Below are positions 32,671 through 41,323 of a DNA stretch of 64,000 nt, piece by piece. Below the pieces are notes generated by a model. It saw only the letters and a list, made by a program, of their open reading frames with translations. It did not search any database and was not told where the DNA came from. Position numbers and translations under genes: made by a program. Numbering within the stretch: position 1 is the stretch's first letter; each line of letters starts with the position of its first letter. This stretch comes from Myxococcota bacterium (GTDB lineage: Bacteria; Myxococcota_A; UBA796; SXON01), in contig JAZKFH010000009.1 in NCBI GenBank assembly GCA_040386535.1, positions 32,001-96,000 of the forward strand, read 5' to 3'.

Positions 32671-33369
32671 TCAGGAGGGGGTGGAGAGTACGGTGGGGGG
32701 GCGCCGATCGGGGCTGGCCGGCGTGACGTCGGCGGTGCCCCCCGACACGTCGACCACGAGGACACGTTCGCCCCGTTCGAGGACGCGTGCTTCCTTCGTG
32801 GTGGCAGGCAGCTCGAGGGTCTGACCGTTGTGGATCAGGCGCACCTTGCCGAGCTTCCCGGGGCCCATGGTCAGGACGACCTCGGCGTCCCTCCCGCGGA
32901 GGGTGCGGGCATCGAGCGCGCTGGAGACCGTGTCCCGGGAGACGGCGCGCAGGAGCGTCGTGACCCCGACCCCCACCACGGCGCCGGTCACCAGGGCCAA
33001 CACGAGCGTGATGAGCCAGGGGGTGGAGAGCAGGGAGAGCAGGAGGCCGGTCATCCCGAACGCAGCGAGCGCGAAGGTCCAGAACCGCAGCGACAGGATC
33101 GTCATCGCGATGGCGCTGAACCCCTGGAGGACCTCGGTGTGCGACTGCCCATGGTCGTGCCCGTGGACGAGGTCTTTCCCCAGGTCGTGATGGCCGTGGT
33201 CGTGGTCGTGGTCGTGCCCGTGATTGAGCTCATGACCGTGATCGACGTCATGCCCGGCGTCCGTGCCGTCCGCATCCCCGTCCGAGTCCTGCCCGCCGCC
33301 CAGCATCGAAGCCGCGATCAAGATGCCACCGAGCACGAGGCTGCCAGCGTAGAGCGCGATGAGGGTCAC
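32671..33369 (-). CDS. NfeD-like (YuaF/YqiJ-type) flotillin partner with His-rich loop
   Basis: TM, His/Asp loop, two TMs (LSLRFWTF) and C-terminal OB-like GKVRL...GERVLVV. Position upstream of flotillins. GTG start inferred. Confidence 0.85.
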   Translation of the reverse strand: MTLIALYAGSLVLGGILIAASMLGGGQDSDGDADGTDAGHDVDHGHELNHGHDHDHDHGHHDLGKDLVHGHDHGQSHTEVLQGFSAIAMTILSLRFWTFALAAFGMTGLLLSLLSTPWLITLVLALVTGAVVGVGVTTLLRAVSRDTVSSALDARTLRGRDAEVVLTMGPGKLGKVRLIHNGQTLELPATTKEARVLERGERVLVVDVSGGTADVTPASPDRRPPTVLSTPS

Positions 33370-33400
33370 GATGGCATCCTGGCAGGGGAAGACGGAGGAA

Positions 33401-33733
33401 TCAACGCCCACGCGCGAGGTTGAGCCAACCGGCGATGAAGCAGACGCCACCGATCGGTGTGATCGCGCCGAGGATGGGTAGGTCGAGGAGCACGAGCGTG
33501 TACAGGCTGCCGCTGAAGATCAGGATGCCGCAAAGGAAGAGGACGCTCGTCAAGCGGCGCGGCACGGGCGCGAGGGAGAGCGCCAGGAGGGCCACGGCAT
33601 GGACGAGGTGGTAGCTCGATGCGGTGTGCCAGGTTTCGAGCCGTTCGGGCGTGACCCGGCTCTCCAAGGCATGGGCGCCGAAGGCTCCCGCGGCGACCGC
33701 GGTGGCTCCGAGGAGGGCGGCGATGCGCCTCAT
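33401..33733 (-). CDS. DUF423 (YgdD/TMEM256) small membrane protein
   Basis: GAFGAH, TASSYHLVHA, LIFSGSLY and GAITPIGG. Confidence 0.92.
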   Translation of the reverse strand: MRRIAALLGATAVAAGAFGAHALESRVTPERLETWHTASSYHLVHAVALLALSLAPVPRRLTSVLFLCGILIFSGSLYTLVLLDLPILGAITPIGGVCFIAGWLNLARGR

Positions 33734-33951
33734 TCGGCGCTCCCGAGCGCCGAGAGGGCCGCGACGAGCTCGTCCGTTCCGCCGAACCGCATGGTGGCTC
33801 CGTCGATCCGGCAGAGGAGGTAGCGCTCGCACGCGTCGCATCGATCGAAGCACTCGACGGTGGACAGCGCGCCTCCCGCGGCGGCCACGCGGAGGGGGAG
33901 ACCCGGATCGTGCCGCCCCATGCCCGTGGCGCAGACGACGACCTCGATCAT
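33730..33951 (-). CDS. Small Cys-rich protein, DUF1450/YuzB-like
   Basis: 73 aa with IEVVVC...CFDRCDAC...IDG...TDELV. ATGA coupling to DUF423. Confidence 0.65.
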   Translation of the reverse strand: MIEVVVCATGMGRHDPGLPLRVAAAGGALSTVECFDRCDACERYLLCRIDGATMRFGGTDELVAALSALGSAE

Positions 33952-34115
33952 GCTGCCTCGACGAGGGAATAGCTGGCGGACATCTCGCGACTGTATCCTG
34001 TCGTCGGCTGGCGCGAGGGCTGGGTGGAGCCCGCTTCCGGACGGGCCACGCGACGAGCGCGAGCTGAACGTAGTTATCGTCGTGCGGACATATTCTGGCC
34101 TTGCGGGGGAGAGGT

Positions 34116-34133
34116 CCTGAACGTACGTTCAGG
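34116..34133 (+). promoter_or_regulatory. LexA (SOS) box overlapping a predicted -10 element
   Basis: Perfect palindrome CCTGAACGTACGTTCAGG with GAAC-N4-GTTC core, a near match to the Myxococcus CTRHAMRYBYGTTCAGS box. Ends immediately before the imuA ATG. TTGCGG-N17-TACGTT promoter at 34101-34129. Confidence 0.85.
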
Positions 34134-34134
34134 C

Positions 34135-34956
34135 ATGCCTCAGCTGCCCCTCCGGCTCGTGCCGCCCCGGATCGACACCGGGACGTGTCCTCGCTCCGAG
34201 GTCGCATGGGCACCCGTACGGACGCAACCCGAGCCCGCTCCTACCTCGTCGCGGTCGGCCGCCATCGAGCGGCTACGGGCGCTGGTGGGTTCACGGGGTC
34301 GGGTCGGGATCGTGCCGCCGCTGCCGGATCCCGTCGTGCCCGACCTCCCGTCGCTCGCGCCGGGCCACCTCTCCACTGGGATCCATGGCCTCGACACGTG
34401 GCTGCACGGCTGGCCTCAGCCCGGGCCGGTCGAGCTGGTCGGCCCGCCGGGGAGCGGGCGGCTCGCGCTTGTGATTCCGCTGATCGAGCGGCTCACCCGG
34501 CAGGGGCGATCGGTGCTCCTCGTGGATCCGCTCCACCAGGTTCATCCTCCTGGCTTGGGGCGGGCGGATTTGTCCCGCCTCGTGATGGTCCGGCCACCGG
34601 GAGAGCGCGCGGCATGGGCAGCCGAACAGGTGGCGCGTTCGGGCGCGGTCGACCTGCTGCTCGTCCTCGATGCGCCGCCGCTGGGGAGAGGTGGCGTGCG
34701 GCTCGCCCGAGCGGCCGAGGCCGGCGGCATGGTCGTGTTCGTGCTCGCCGAGCGCCCGGAGGCCGAACTCCCGGCCTCGTTGCGCATCGAGACAGGGGGG
34801 TGGCAGGGAGACCACGTGCGGGTGCGCTGCACCCGCAGTCGGGATGGGCGGATGGTGGGGGAGAGGCTGATCGTGCCGTCCGAGTCGCCCCTGTACATCC
34901 CGCGGCCTCCGGTCCGAACCGATTCTGCGCGTCTCCGTCGCGTCGGAGCGGGCTGA
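34135..34956 (+). CDS. imuA: ImuA (RecA/SulA-like mutasome accessory protein)
   Basis: LSTGIHGLD...GWP...ELVGPPGSGR, LLVDP and AWAAEQVARSG. First gene of the cassette. Confidence 0.88.
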   Translation: MPQLPLRLVPPRIDTGTCPRSEVAWAPVRTQPEPAPTSSRSAAIERLRALVGSRGRVGIVPPLPDPVVPDLPSLAPGHLSTGIHGLDTWLHGWPQPGPVELVGPPGSGRLALVIPLIERLTRQGRSVLLVDPLHQVHPPGLGRADLSRLVMVRPPGERAAWAAEQVARSGAVDLLLVLDAPPLGRGGVRLARAAEAGGMVVFVLAERPEAELPASLRIETGGWQGDHVRVRCTRSRDGRMVGERLIVPSESPLYIPRPPVRTDSARLRRVGAG

Positions 34957-37900
34957 TGCGGCGTGGGTTCCTCGCCATCCACCTGCCCGGGTTCCGCCTG
35001 GAGCGTTGCGGTTGGGATCCGCACGTGCCGGCCGTGCTCGTCGCGGTCTCGCGGGGTGCCGAGCGGGTGATCGCGCTCTCGCTGCCCGCGGGACAGGCTG
35101 GTGTCCGTCTCGGGATGACGCTCGCGGGCGCCCGCGCCCAGCTCCCGGAGGTGCGCGTCGAGCGCCTCGATCCCGCGGGGGAGCTCGCGGATCTCGAGGC
35201 GTTGTGTGTGGCGCTCTGCCGCTTCACGCCGGCCGCCCGCCCAGTGCCCCCCGATGCGCTCCTCCTCGAGGTGGGACCCCTCGCCCTCGGGCCCGTCCGC
35301 GCCTGTCTCGCGGAGCTCGGCCACCTGTGCCGCCTCGTCCTCGCCGAGGAGGGCGGCGCGGCGCTCGCGCTCGCGCGCCACTCTCGGCGCGACCGGGTGA
35401 TCCAGCCGGGTGGTGTCGCCGCGGCCCTCGCACCGCTCCCCGTCACCGCGCTGGAGCTCCCCGAGGCCGTGTTGCTCTCGCTCCACGACGTGGGGATCCG
35501 GACTATCGCGGAGTTCGCGGCGCTTCCCACCGCCGCGCTCACCGGGCGGTACGGGCCCGAGATCGCGGCAGCCCACGCGCGAGCCACCGGGCGCGCGGCT
35601 CCCGCCCCGCTCCCCCTCCCGCCGCCGCGGGAGGAATCCTCCTTCCACATCGACTTCGGGGATGCCGTAGAGGTGCTCGAGGCCGTGCTCTTCGTACTGA
35701 ACGGCCTCGTCCGCGACCTCACCGCGTCGCTGGAGCGCACGGGCCAGGCCGCCATGCGGGTCCAGGTCCGGCTACGCCTCGAGCCCGGCGAGCACCTCGT
35801 GCCCGTGCGCCTCGGCCAGCCTTCCCGGGGCCCCGAGCGTCTGTTCCGCCTTCTGCGAGCGCGGTTGGAGCGGGTGCAACTCGGCGCGCCCGTGATCGGG
35901 GTCGGGCTCGAGCTGCTGGAGGCGGCCCCCTTCCGCGCCGCGCAGCCGAGCCTCCTCGATCGCGCGGAGGCCGTGGAGCCGCTCCCCGAGCTTTGCGCCC
36001 GCCTTCAGGACGTGCTCGGGGCCGAAGCCGTGTGCGTGCCGGCGCCCGTCGACACCTGGCGCCCGGAGGCCGCGTGGACCGCGGTGCCCTGGGGGCAGCC
36101 CCTCCCGAACCCCCCGTCTCCGTCGGGCGTGCCCGATCCTGCGGCACCCCACGAGCCCGGTGACGTCGAGCGATCCCGGCCATCCCTGATCCTGGCTACG
36201 CCCTCCGCGCTCCGCGTCGCGGCCGCACCGTCCGGGCGCCCCCGGGCGCTCCTGCTCGATCGTGTATGGACCCCCCTCCCGATCGCGGAGGGGCCGGAGC
36301 GTCTTGCGGGCGAGTGGTGGCGGGCCGACGGGTGGCGGCGGGACTACTGGCGGGTCGGCCTTCCGGATGGCCGTCGGGCGTGGATCTTCCGCGAGGCGCT
36401 GCCGGGCGACCTCGATCCGATGTCCCAACGGTGGTTCCTCCACGGCTGGCTGGACGGCGGGGATGTGCACGCGCACGCGCTCCCTCCGTCCGAGCCCCCT
36501 CCTTCGCCCGAGGGCCCGCCTTCGTCCCGAGAGGAGGCGCCCCAGCGCCGCCGAGCCGCCCGCCCCCCTCCCGCCCGCTACGCGGAGCTCGTCTGCCGAT
36601 CCAACTACTCGTTCTGCGAGGGCGCCTCCTTCCCTGAGGAACTCGTCGCGAAGGCGAAAGAGCTTGGCCTCTCGGCCCTCGCGCTCACGGATAGGGACGG
36701 GGTGTACGGAAGCGTCCGCTTCCACCGCGCCGCCGACGGCCTGCCGATCCTCCACGGATCCCTGCTCACGCTTCGGGCGGGGCACGAGCGGGTGCTCGAC
36801 GGCGGAGCGTCATGGTCGGCGGTCGCGCTCGTCCAGGATCTCACTGGCTGGGCGAGCCTATGCCGGCTGCTGTCGACCGCGCGGGGCCTGGCGACGAAGG
36901 GGCACGCCGAGATGCCACTGGAACGGCTCCTGGAGCGGAACGAGGGGCTGATCATCCTCGCTCGCGGAGACTGGCCGGACGATGCCCTTGCCCGCCTCCA
37001 CGCGGCGGTCGGGGATCGCCTCTACCGCGCGGTGAGCCGGCGCCTCGCGCCCGGCGAGGAGGCGAGGATCGAGGCGCTCGTCCGGGGGCCGATCCCTTGC
37101 GTCGCCACGAACGACGTGCTCCTGCACAGCCCGGAGCGCGCCCGTCTCCAGGACGTGCTGGCCTGCATCCGCATGCAGACCACCCTGCCGAAGGCGGGGC
37201 GCCGGCTCCAGCCGAACGCGGAGCGCGTGCTCAAGGATCCGGAGCGGATGGCTCGACTCTTCCGCCCCTGGCCCGAGCTGATCGCGCGCACGATCGAGAT
37301 CGTGGGCCGGTGCAGCTTCTCGATGAGCCAGCTGAAGTACCAGTACCCGCGCGAGGTCGTCCCTGACGGCTACTCCGCCATGGAGTGGCTCCGGGAGATC
37401 ACCCGCCGTGGCGTGCGCGAGCGGTATGGCCCCACCCCCGCGATCGACGTTGTCCGCCAGATCGAGTACGAGCTCGACATCATCGGCCGGCTCGACTTCG
37501 CAGCCTACTTCCTGACTGTTCACGATCTCGTGCGCTTCGCGCGCTCCCGCGGCATCCTCTGTCAAGGCCGGGGGAGCGCTGCGAACTCCGCGGTCTGCTA
37601 CGTCCTCGGGGTCACGGCTGTCGATCCCGCGCACACCAACCTCCTCTTCGAACGTTTCATCTCCGAGGAGCGCGGCGAGCCGCCCGACATCGACATCGAT
37701 TTCGAGCACGAGCGGCGAGAGGAGGTGCTCCAGTACGTCTACGAAAAGTACGGCCGTGACCGCGCGGCGATGGTGAACGAAATCATCTCCTGGCGCGGGC
37801 GCATGGCGGTACGGGACATCGGCAAGGCCGTCGGGCTCGGCCTCGACCAGGTGGATCGCCTCGCCAAGGCGATGGAGGCCTGGGGGGGCAAGCCCCCCTC

Positions 37901-39653
37901 CGAGGAGCGGATCCGGGAGGCCGGTCTCGACCCGACCGACCCCGCCCTCGCCCTCACCCAGTCGCTCGTGGGCGAAATCCAGGGCTTCCCGCGTCACACG
38001 TCCATCCATGTCGGCGGCTTCGTGATCTCCGACGGCCCGCTCCTCGATCGCGCGCCGATCGAGCCGGCCAGCATGGCGGATCGCACGGTCATCCAGTGGG
38101 ACAAGAACGACATCGACGACCTCGGCTTCGTCAAGGTCGACCTCCTCTCCCTCGGCATGTTGACCGCCATCCGCAAGTGTTTCGGGCTGATGCGGACCGC
38201 CCATGGCGTCCACCACGACCTCGCGTCGGTCCCCCGCGAGGATCCGGGCGTGTATGACATGCTCTGCGAGGGTGACTCCACCGGTGTGTTCCAGGTCGAG
38301 AGCCGTGCCCAGCAGGGCATGCTCCCGCGCCTGAAGCCGCGGTGCTTCTACGACCTCGTCATCGAGACCGCCATCGTGCGCCCGGGGCCCATCCAGGGGG
38401 GCATGGTGCACCCCTACTTGCGCCGGCGCACCGGCCAGGAAGAGGTCACCTACGTCGACGAGCGGCTGCGTCCCATCCTTGCGCGTACGCTCGGGATCCC
38501 GATCTTCCAGGAGCAGGTGATGGCGATGGCCGTCGCCGTCGGCGGGTTCACGCCCGGAGAGGCCGACGCATTGCGGCGCGCGATGGGCGCCTGGCGGCGC
38601 AAGGGTGGGCTCGGAGAGCTGGGCGAGAAGCTCATGCGTGGCATGAAGAGCAACGGACTGCCCGACGAGTACGCGGCGCAGATCTTCCAGCAGATCCAGG
38701 GGTTTGCCGAGTACGGCTTCCCCGAGTCGCACGCAGCCTCCTTCGCGCACCTCGTCTACGTCTCGTCGTGGCAGCGCTGCTACTTCCCGGCGGCGTTCTG
38801 CGCGGCCCTCATCAATTCGCAGCCGATGGGCTTCTACGCCCCGCGTTCGCTCGTGGCCGACGCGCAGCGCCACGGCGTGCAGGCGCGCGGGATCGACGTG
38901 ACCGTCTCACAGTGGGACTGCACGCTCGAGCCCACCCCGGACGGGCCCGCGCTGCGCCTCGGTATGCGGCTGGTAAAGGGCCTCAAGGAGGAGGCCGGCC
39001 GCGCCGTCGAGGCGGCACGGCGGGAGCGTGCCTACGTCGATCTCTCCGATTTCGGGGTACGGACGGGCCTCGATCGGGGTGGGTTGCTCGCCCTTGCGCG
39101 CGCTGGCGCCCTGGACGCGCTGCTGCCACCAGACCAGCGGGGCGCCCGCGGGGCGGTGTGGGCGGTCGAGGGGCTCTGGGGCGGGCTCTTCGCCCGCACA
39201 CCCCGCGTAGAGGAGCAGATCGCCCTCCCCATCGCGAGCGCCTTCGACGAGGTGCAGGCGGACTACCGGTCCACCGGGCTCTCCGTGCGGAGCCACCCGG
39301 TGGGGCTCGTTCGTGCGCGCCTCGACGCAGAGGGGATCGTCCCGCTCGCGCGGCTCCTGGAGGTCCGGCCGGACACGGTGGTGCGGATCGCGGGGCTCGT
39401 CTCTCACCGGCAGCGCCCCGGCACCGCGTCCGGCGTCGTGTTCATGACGTTGGAGGACGAGACGGGTACGGTCAACGTCGTGGTGTGGCCCAAGCTCTTC
39501 GAGCGCCAACGCCAGCTGATCCGGGGCGAGCCGCTGGTGTGCATCTCTGGCGTCGTCCAGCGTGAAGGGGAGGCGATCAGCGTGGTGGCGCGGCACTTCA
39601 CCCCGCTGGATGCGGCGCCGCCGGTGCGGGCGCCGAGCCGTGACTTCCGATGA
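34956..39653 (+). CDS. imuB-dnaE2: ImuB-DnaE2 (ImuC) fusion, 1565 aa: inactive Y-family polymerase plus error-prone C-family polymerase
   Basis: ImuB part: GVRLGMTLAGARA, clamp motif QPSLL, GPERLAGEWW, RDYW, WFLHG. Then an about 41-aa Pro-rich linker with no stop. DnaE2 part: YAEL, GRGSAANS, PPDIDIDFEH, KVDLLSLG, YGFPESHA, C-terminal SRDFR. Confidence 0.93.
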   Translation: MRRGFLAIHLPGFRLERCGWDPHVPAVLVAVSRGAERVIALSLPAGQAGVRLGMTLAGARAQLPEVRVERLDPAGELADLEALCVALCRFTPAARPVPPDALLLEVGPLALGPVRACLAELGHLCRLVLAEEGGAALALARHSRRDRVIQPGGVAAALAPLPVTALELPEAVLLSLHDVGIRTIAEFAALPTAALTGRYGPEIAAAHARATGRAAPAPLPLPPPREESSFHIDFGDAVEVLEAVLFVLNGLVRDLTASLERTGQAAMRVQVRLRLEPGEHLVPVRLGQPSRGPERLFRLLRARLERVQLGAPVIGVGLELLEAAPFRAAQPSLLDRAEAVEPLPELCARLQDVLGAEAVCVPAPVDTWRPEAAWTAVPWGQPLPNPPSPSGVPDPAAPHEPGDVERSRPSLILATPSALRVAAAPSGRPRALLLDRVWTPLPIAEGPERLAGEWWRADGWRRDYWRVGLPDGRRAWIFREALPGDLDPMSQRWFLHGWLDGGDVHAHALPPSEPPPSPEGPPSSREEAPQRRRAARPPPARYAELVCRSNYSFCEGASFPEELVAKAKELGLSALALTDRDGVYGSVRFHRAADGLPILHGSLLTLRAGHERVLDGGASWSAVALVQDLTGWASLCRLLSTARGLATKGHAEMPLERLLERNEGLIILARGDWPDDALARLHAAVGDRLYRAVSRRLAPGEEARIEALVRGPIPCVATNDVLLHSPERARLQDVLACIRMQTTLPKAGRRLQPNAERVLKDPERMARLFRPWPELIARTIEIVGRCSFSMSQLKYQYPREVVPDGYSAMEWLREITRRGVRERYGPTPAIDVVRQIEYELDIIGRLDFAAYFLTVHDLVRFARSRGILCQGRGSAANSAVCYVLGVTAVDPAHTNLLFERFISEERGEPPDIDIDFEHERREEVLQYVYEKYGRDRAAMVNEIISWRGRMAVRDIGKAVGLGLDQVDRLAKAMEAWGGKPPSEERIREAGLDPTDPALALTQSLVGEIQGFPRHTSIHVGGFVISDGPLLDRAPIEPASMADRTVIQWDKNDIDDLGFVKVDLLSLGMLTAIRKCFGLMRTAHGVHHDLASVPREDPGVYDMLCEGDSTGVFQVESRAQQGMLPRLKPRCFYDLVIETAIVRPGPIQGGMVHPYLRRRTGQEEVTYVDERLRPILARTLGIPIFQEQVMAMAVAVGGFTPGEADALRRAMGAWRRKGGLGELGEKLMRGMKSNGLPDEYAAQIFQQIQGFAEYGFPESHAASFAHLVYVSSWQRCYFPAAFCAALINSQPMGFYAPRSLVADAQRHGVQARGIDVTVSQWDCTLEPTPDGPALRLGMRLVKGLKEEAGRAVEAARRERAYVDLSDFGVRTGLDRGGLLALARAGALDALLPPDQRGARGAVWAVEGLWGGLFARTPRVEEQIALPIASAFDEVQADYRSTGLSVRSHPVGLVRARLDAEGIVPLARLLEVRPDTVVRIAGLVSHRQRPGTASGVVFMTLEDETGTVNVVVWPKLFERQRQLIRGEPLVCISGVVQREGEAISVVARHFTPLDAAPPVRAPSRDFR

Positions 39654-41323
39654 GCGCCGTCACCCAGGTCGTGCGCGCGCGGGGGCGATGGAGGCGCCTC
39701 TTTGGGTTAGCTGGCTGCATGTTCGTCGTGCTCTCGTTGTTGGCGTGCTCGAGTGGTGGGACAGACCCCGATGCCACCATCCCGCCCCCCCTCGTGCCCA
39801 CCCCCTCTGACGACGGTCCGCTGCCCGAGCCCCGCCTGGGTGTCTCCGAGGTGGTGACCCCGCCCGAGGTCTTGCGGCCAACCGAGGTCCAGGACGGCGC
39901 GGCGCCTCCCCAGCTCGACGTGTGGTTCGATCCCGACACCACCACGTTCGACGCGCTGCGCACGAGGCTTGTCGGGTGGGGCTTCTCCATCCTCGACGGG
40001 GACGGGGAGAGCTGGCGGGTGGGCGTGCCGCACGGGAGCGACTGGCCGGCCCGCCTTCTCCCGTTGCCGGAGGTCGCCAAGGTCACCGAGGCGGTCGATC
40101 TGATCGCGCTCGAGAGTGGCGCCTTCCGCGAGGGAAGCGAGCGCTACGGAAACCTGATCCACAGCTGGTCCTGGCGCCCGGGCGGACCGGTTCAGGCGGT
40201 CAGCGGCGGGCGCTCTCCGCCCGAGCCCGTGCTTCCGCACGCCCTCCCGGCCCAGGTCGTCCGCTGCCTCTCGCCAATTCGCACCGAGATGACCACGGGT
40301 GTCTCCGTGGGCGTGGGCTGGGAGCGCGCCCTCGTCGCCAACCCGCCTACCTGGGTGCTGGTGGTGGAGTCCTTCGGTGCGTGTGACGCGTCGGGGTGGA
40401 TCCCCCTCCGCGCCGACGCCTCGGTGACCACCCTCACCGTGGGCGGCCGCCCGCTCGCCGAGCTCGACGGCGCCACGATCCACACCCTCGCGGTCGACTA
40501 TCTCCGCCAGCCGCGGCCCTTCGAGGACCCCTCAGGGATCGCCGCGTGGGATCTCCTCCGCACGGCCCCCTCCGACACCCTCGCCGCCGCGGTGACCGAG
40601 GTCGCGCCGGGTCCCTTCCAGGAGCGGCTCTGGGAGGAGCTCGATCAGCGGGATCACGCCGCGGCCTTGGCGCTCGCGGGGCAGTCGGCCTCGCCGGTCC
40701 TGCGCGGAGCGGCCACGGCCGAGGTCGAGGCTCTTCGCACCGCGTCGCTGAACGATCCCAAGGCCCCGGCCGATGCCGTCTTCGCGGCGCTCACCGTGTG
40801 GCGGCCCGGTCCGACCGATCCGCCCGAGACGCTGGCGCGCCTTCGCCAGAGCGCGTCGCCGCGGGTACGCGAGAAGGCGTGGGAGCTCACGCTCGACGCC
40901 ACGAACGTCGCCTGTATGGAGCGGCTGAAGACCGTCGCTACCGCAGATGTGTCCGCCGCGTCGTCGGTGTACCGGGAGTGCCCGCAACAACCCGTCCGCA
41001 TGGCCGCCTTCCAACGCGTCGCGGCGCTCGACCGCGTGGCGGCGGCGGCCATGGTGAACGTCGTGCTCGAGGAGCCCGAGACCCTGCGAACCGGTGTCGC
41101 CGCCGTGCGGCACGCCGCGGCCATCGAGCGCTGGGATCTGCTCGAAACGTTGGTCCAGCGCCCGTCGGTCACGCGGGACGTGCGCCGGGTCGCCCTCGAA
41201 TTCCTGGTTGGGGCGGGCGTCCCCCAGGCCCCCGAGCTGGTGGAACAACACGGTGGGTACCTCGGCTACACGCCCGCTGTCACCGCTCCGCCCGCCGGGG
41301 CGGTCACGGCCTCGGAGGGCTGA
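39650..41323 (+). CDS. Hypothetical lipoprotein with C-terminal alpha-helical (HEAT-like) repeats
   Basis: Basic N-region, lipobox SLLA-C, Pro-rich linker and repeated SP(V/R)(L/V)R helices. ATGA overlap with dnaE2. Confidence 0.7.
   Translation: MSAVTQVVRARGRWRRLFGLAGCMFVVLSLLACSSGGTDPDATIPPPLVPTPSDDGPLPEPRLGVSEVVTPPEVLRPTEVQDGAAPPQLDVWFDPDTTTFDALRTRLVGWGFSILDGDGESWRVGVPHGSDWPARLLPLPEVAKVTEAVDLIALESGAFREGSERYGNLIHSWSWRPGGPVQAVSGGRSPPEPVLPHALPAQVVRCLSPIRTEMTTGVSVGVGWERALVANPPTWVLVVESFGACDASGWIPLRADASVTTLTVGGRPLAELDGATIHTLAVDYLRQPRPFEDPSGIAAWDLLRTAPSDTLAAAVTEVAPGPFQERLWEELDQRDHAAALALAGQSASPVLRGAATAEVEALRTASLNDPKAPADAVFAALTVWRPGPTDPPETLARLRQSASPRVREKAWELTLDATNVACMERLKTVATADVSAASSVYRECPQQPVRMAAFQRVAALDRVAAAAMVNVVLEEPETLRTGVAAVRHAAAIERWDLLETLVQRPSVTRDVRRVALEFLVGAGVPQAPELVEQHGGYLGYTPAVTAPPAGAVTASEG

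Noticed and set aside
34101..34955. ORF-track extension suggesting an 1850-aa protein that also spans the imuA region
   Set aside because: The extension is Arg/Gly/Ala-rich off-frame sequence over imuA. The credible start is ATG 34956 (TGATG coupling), so ImuA is not part of the fusion.
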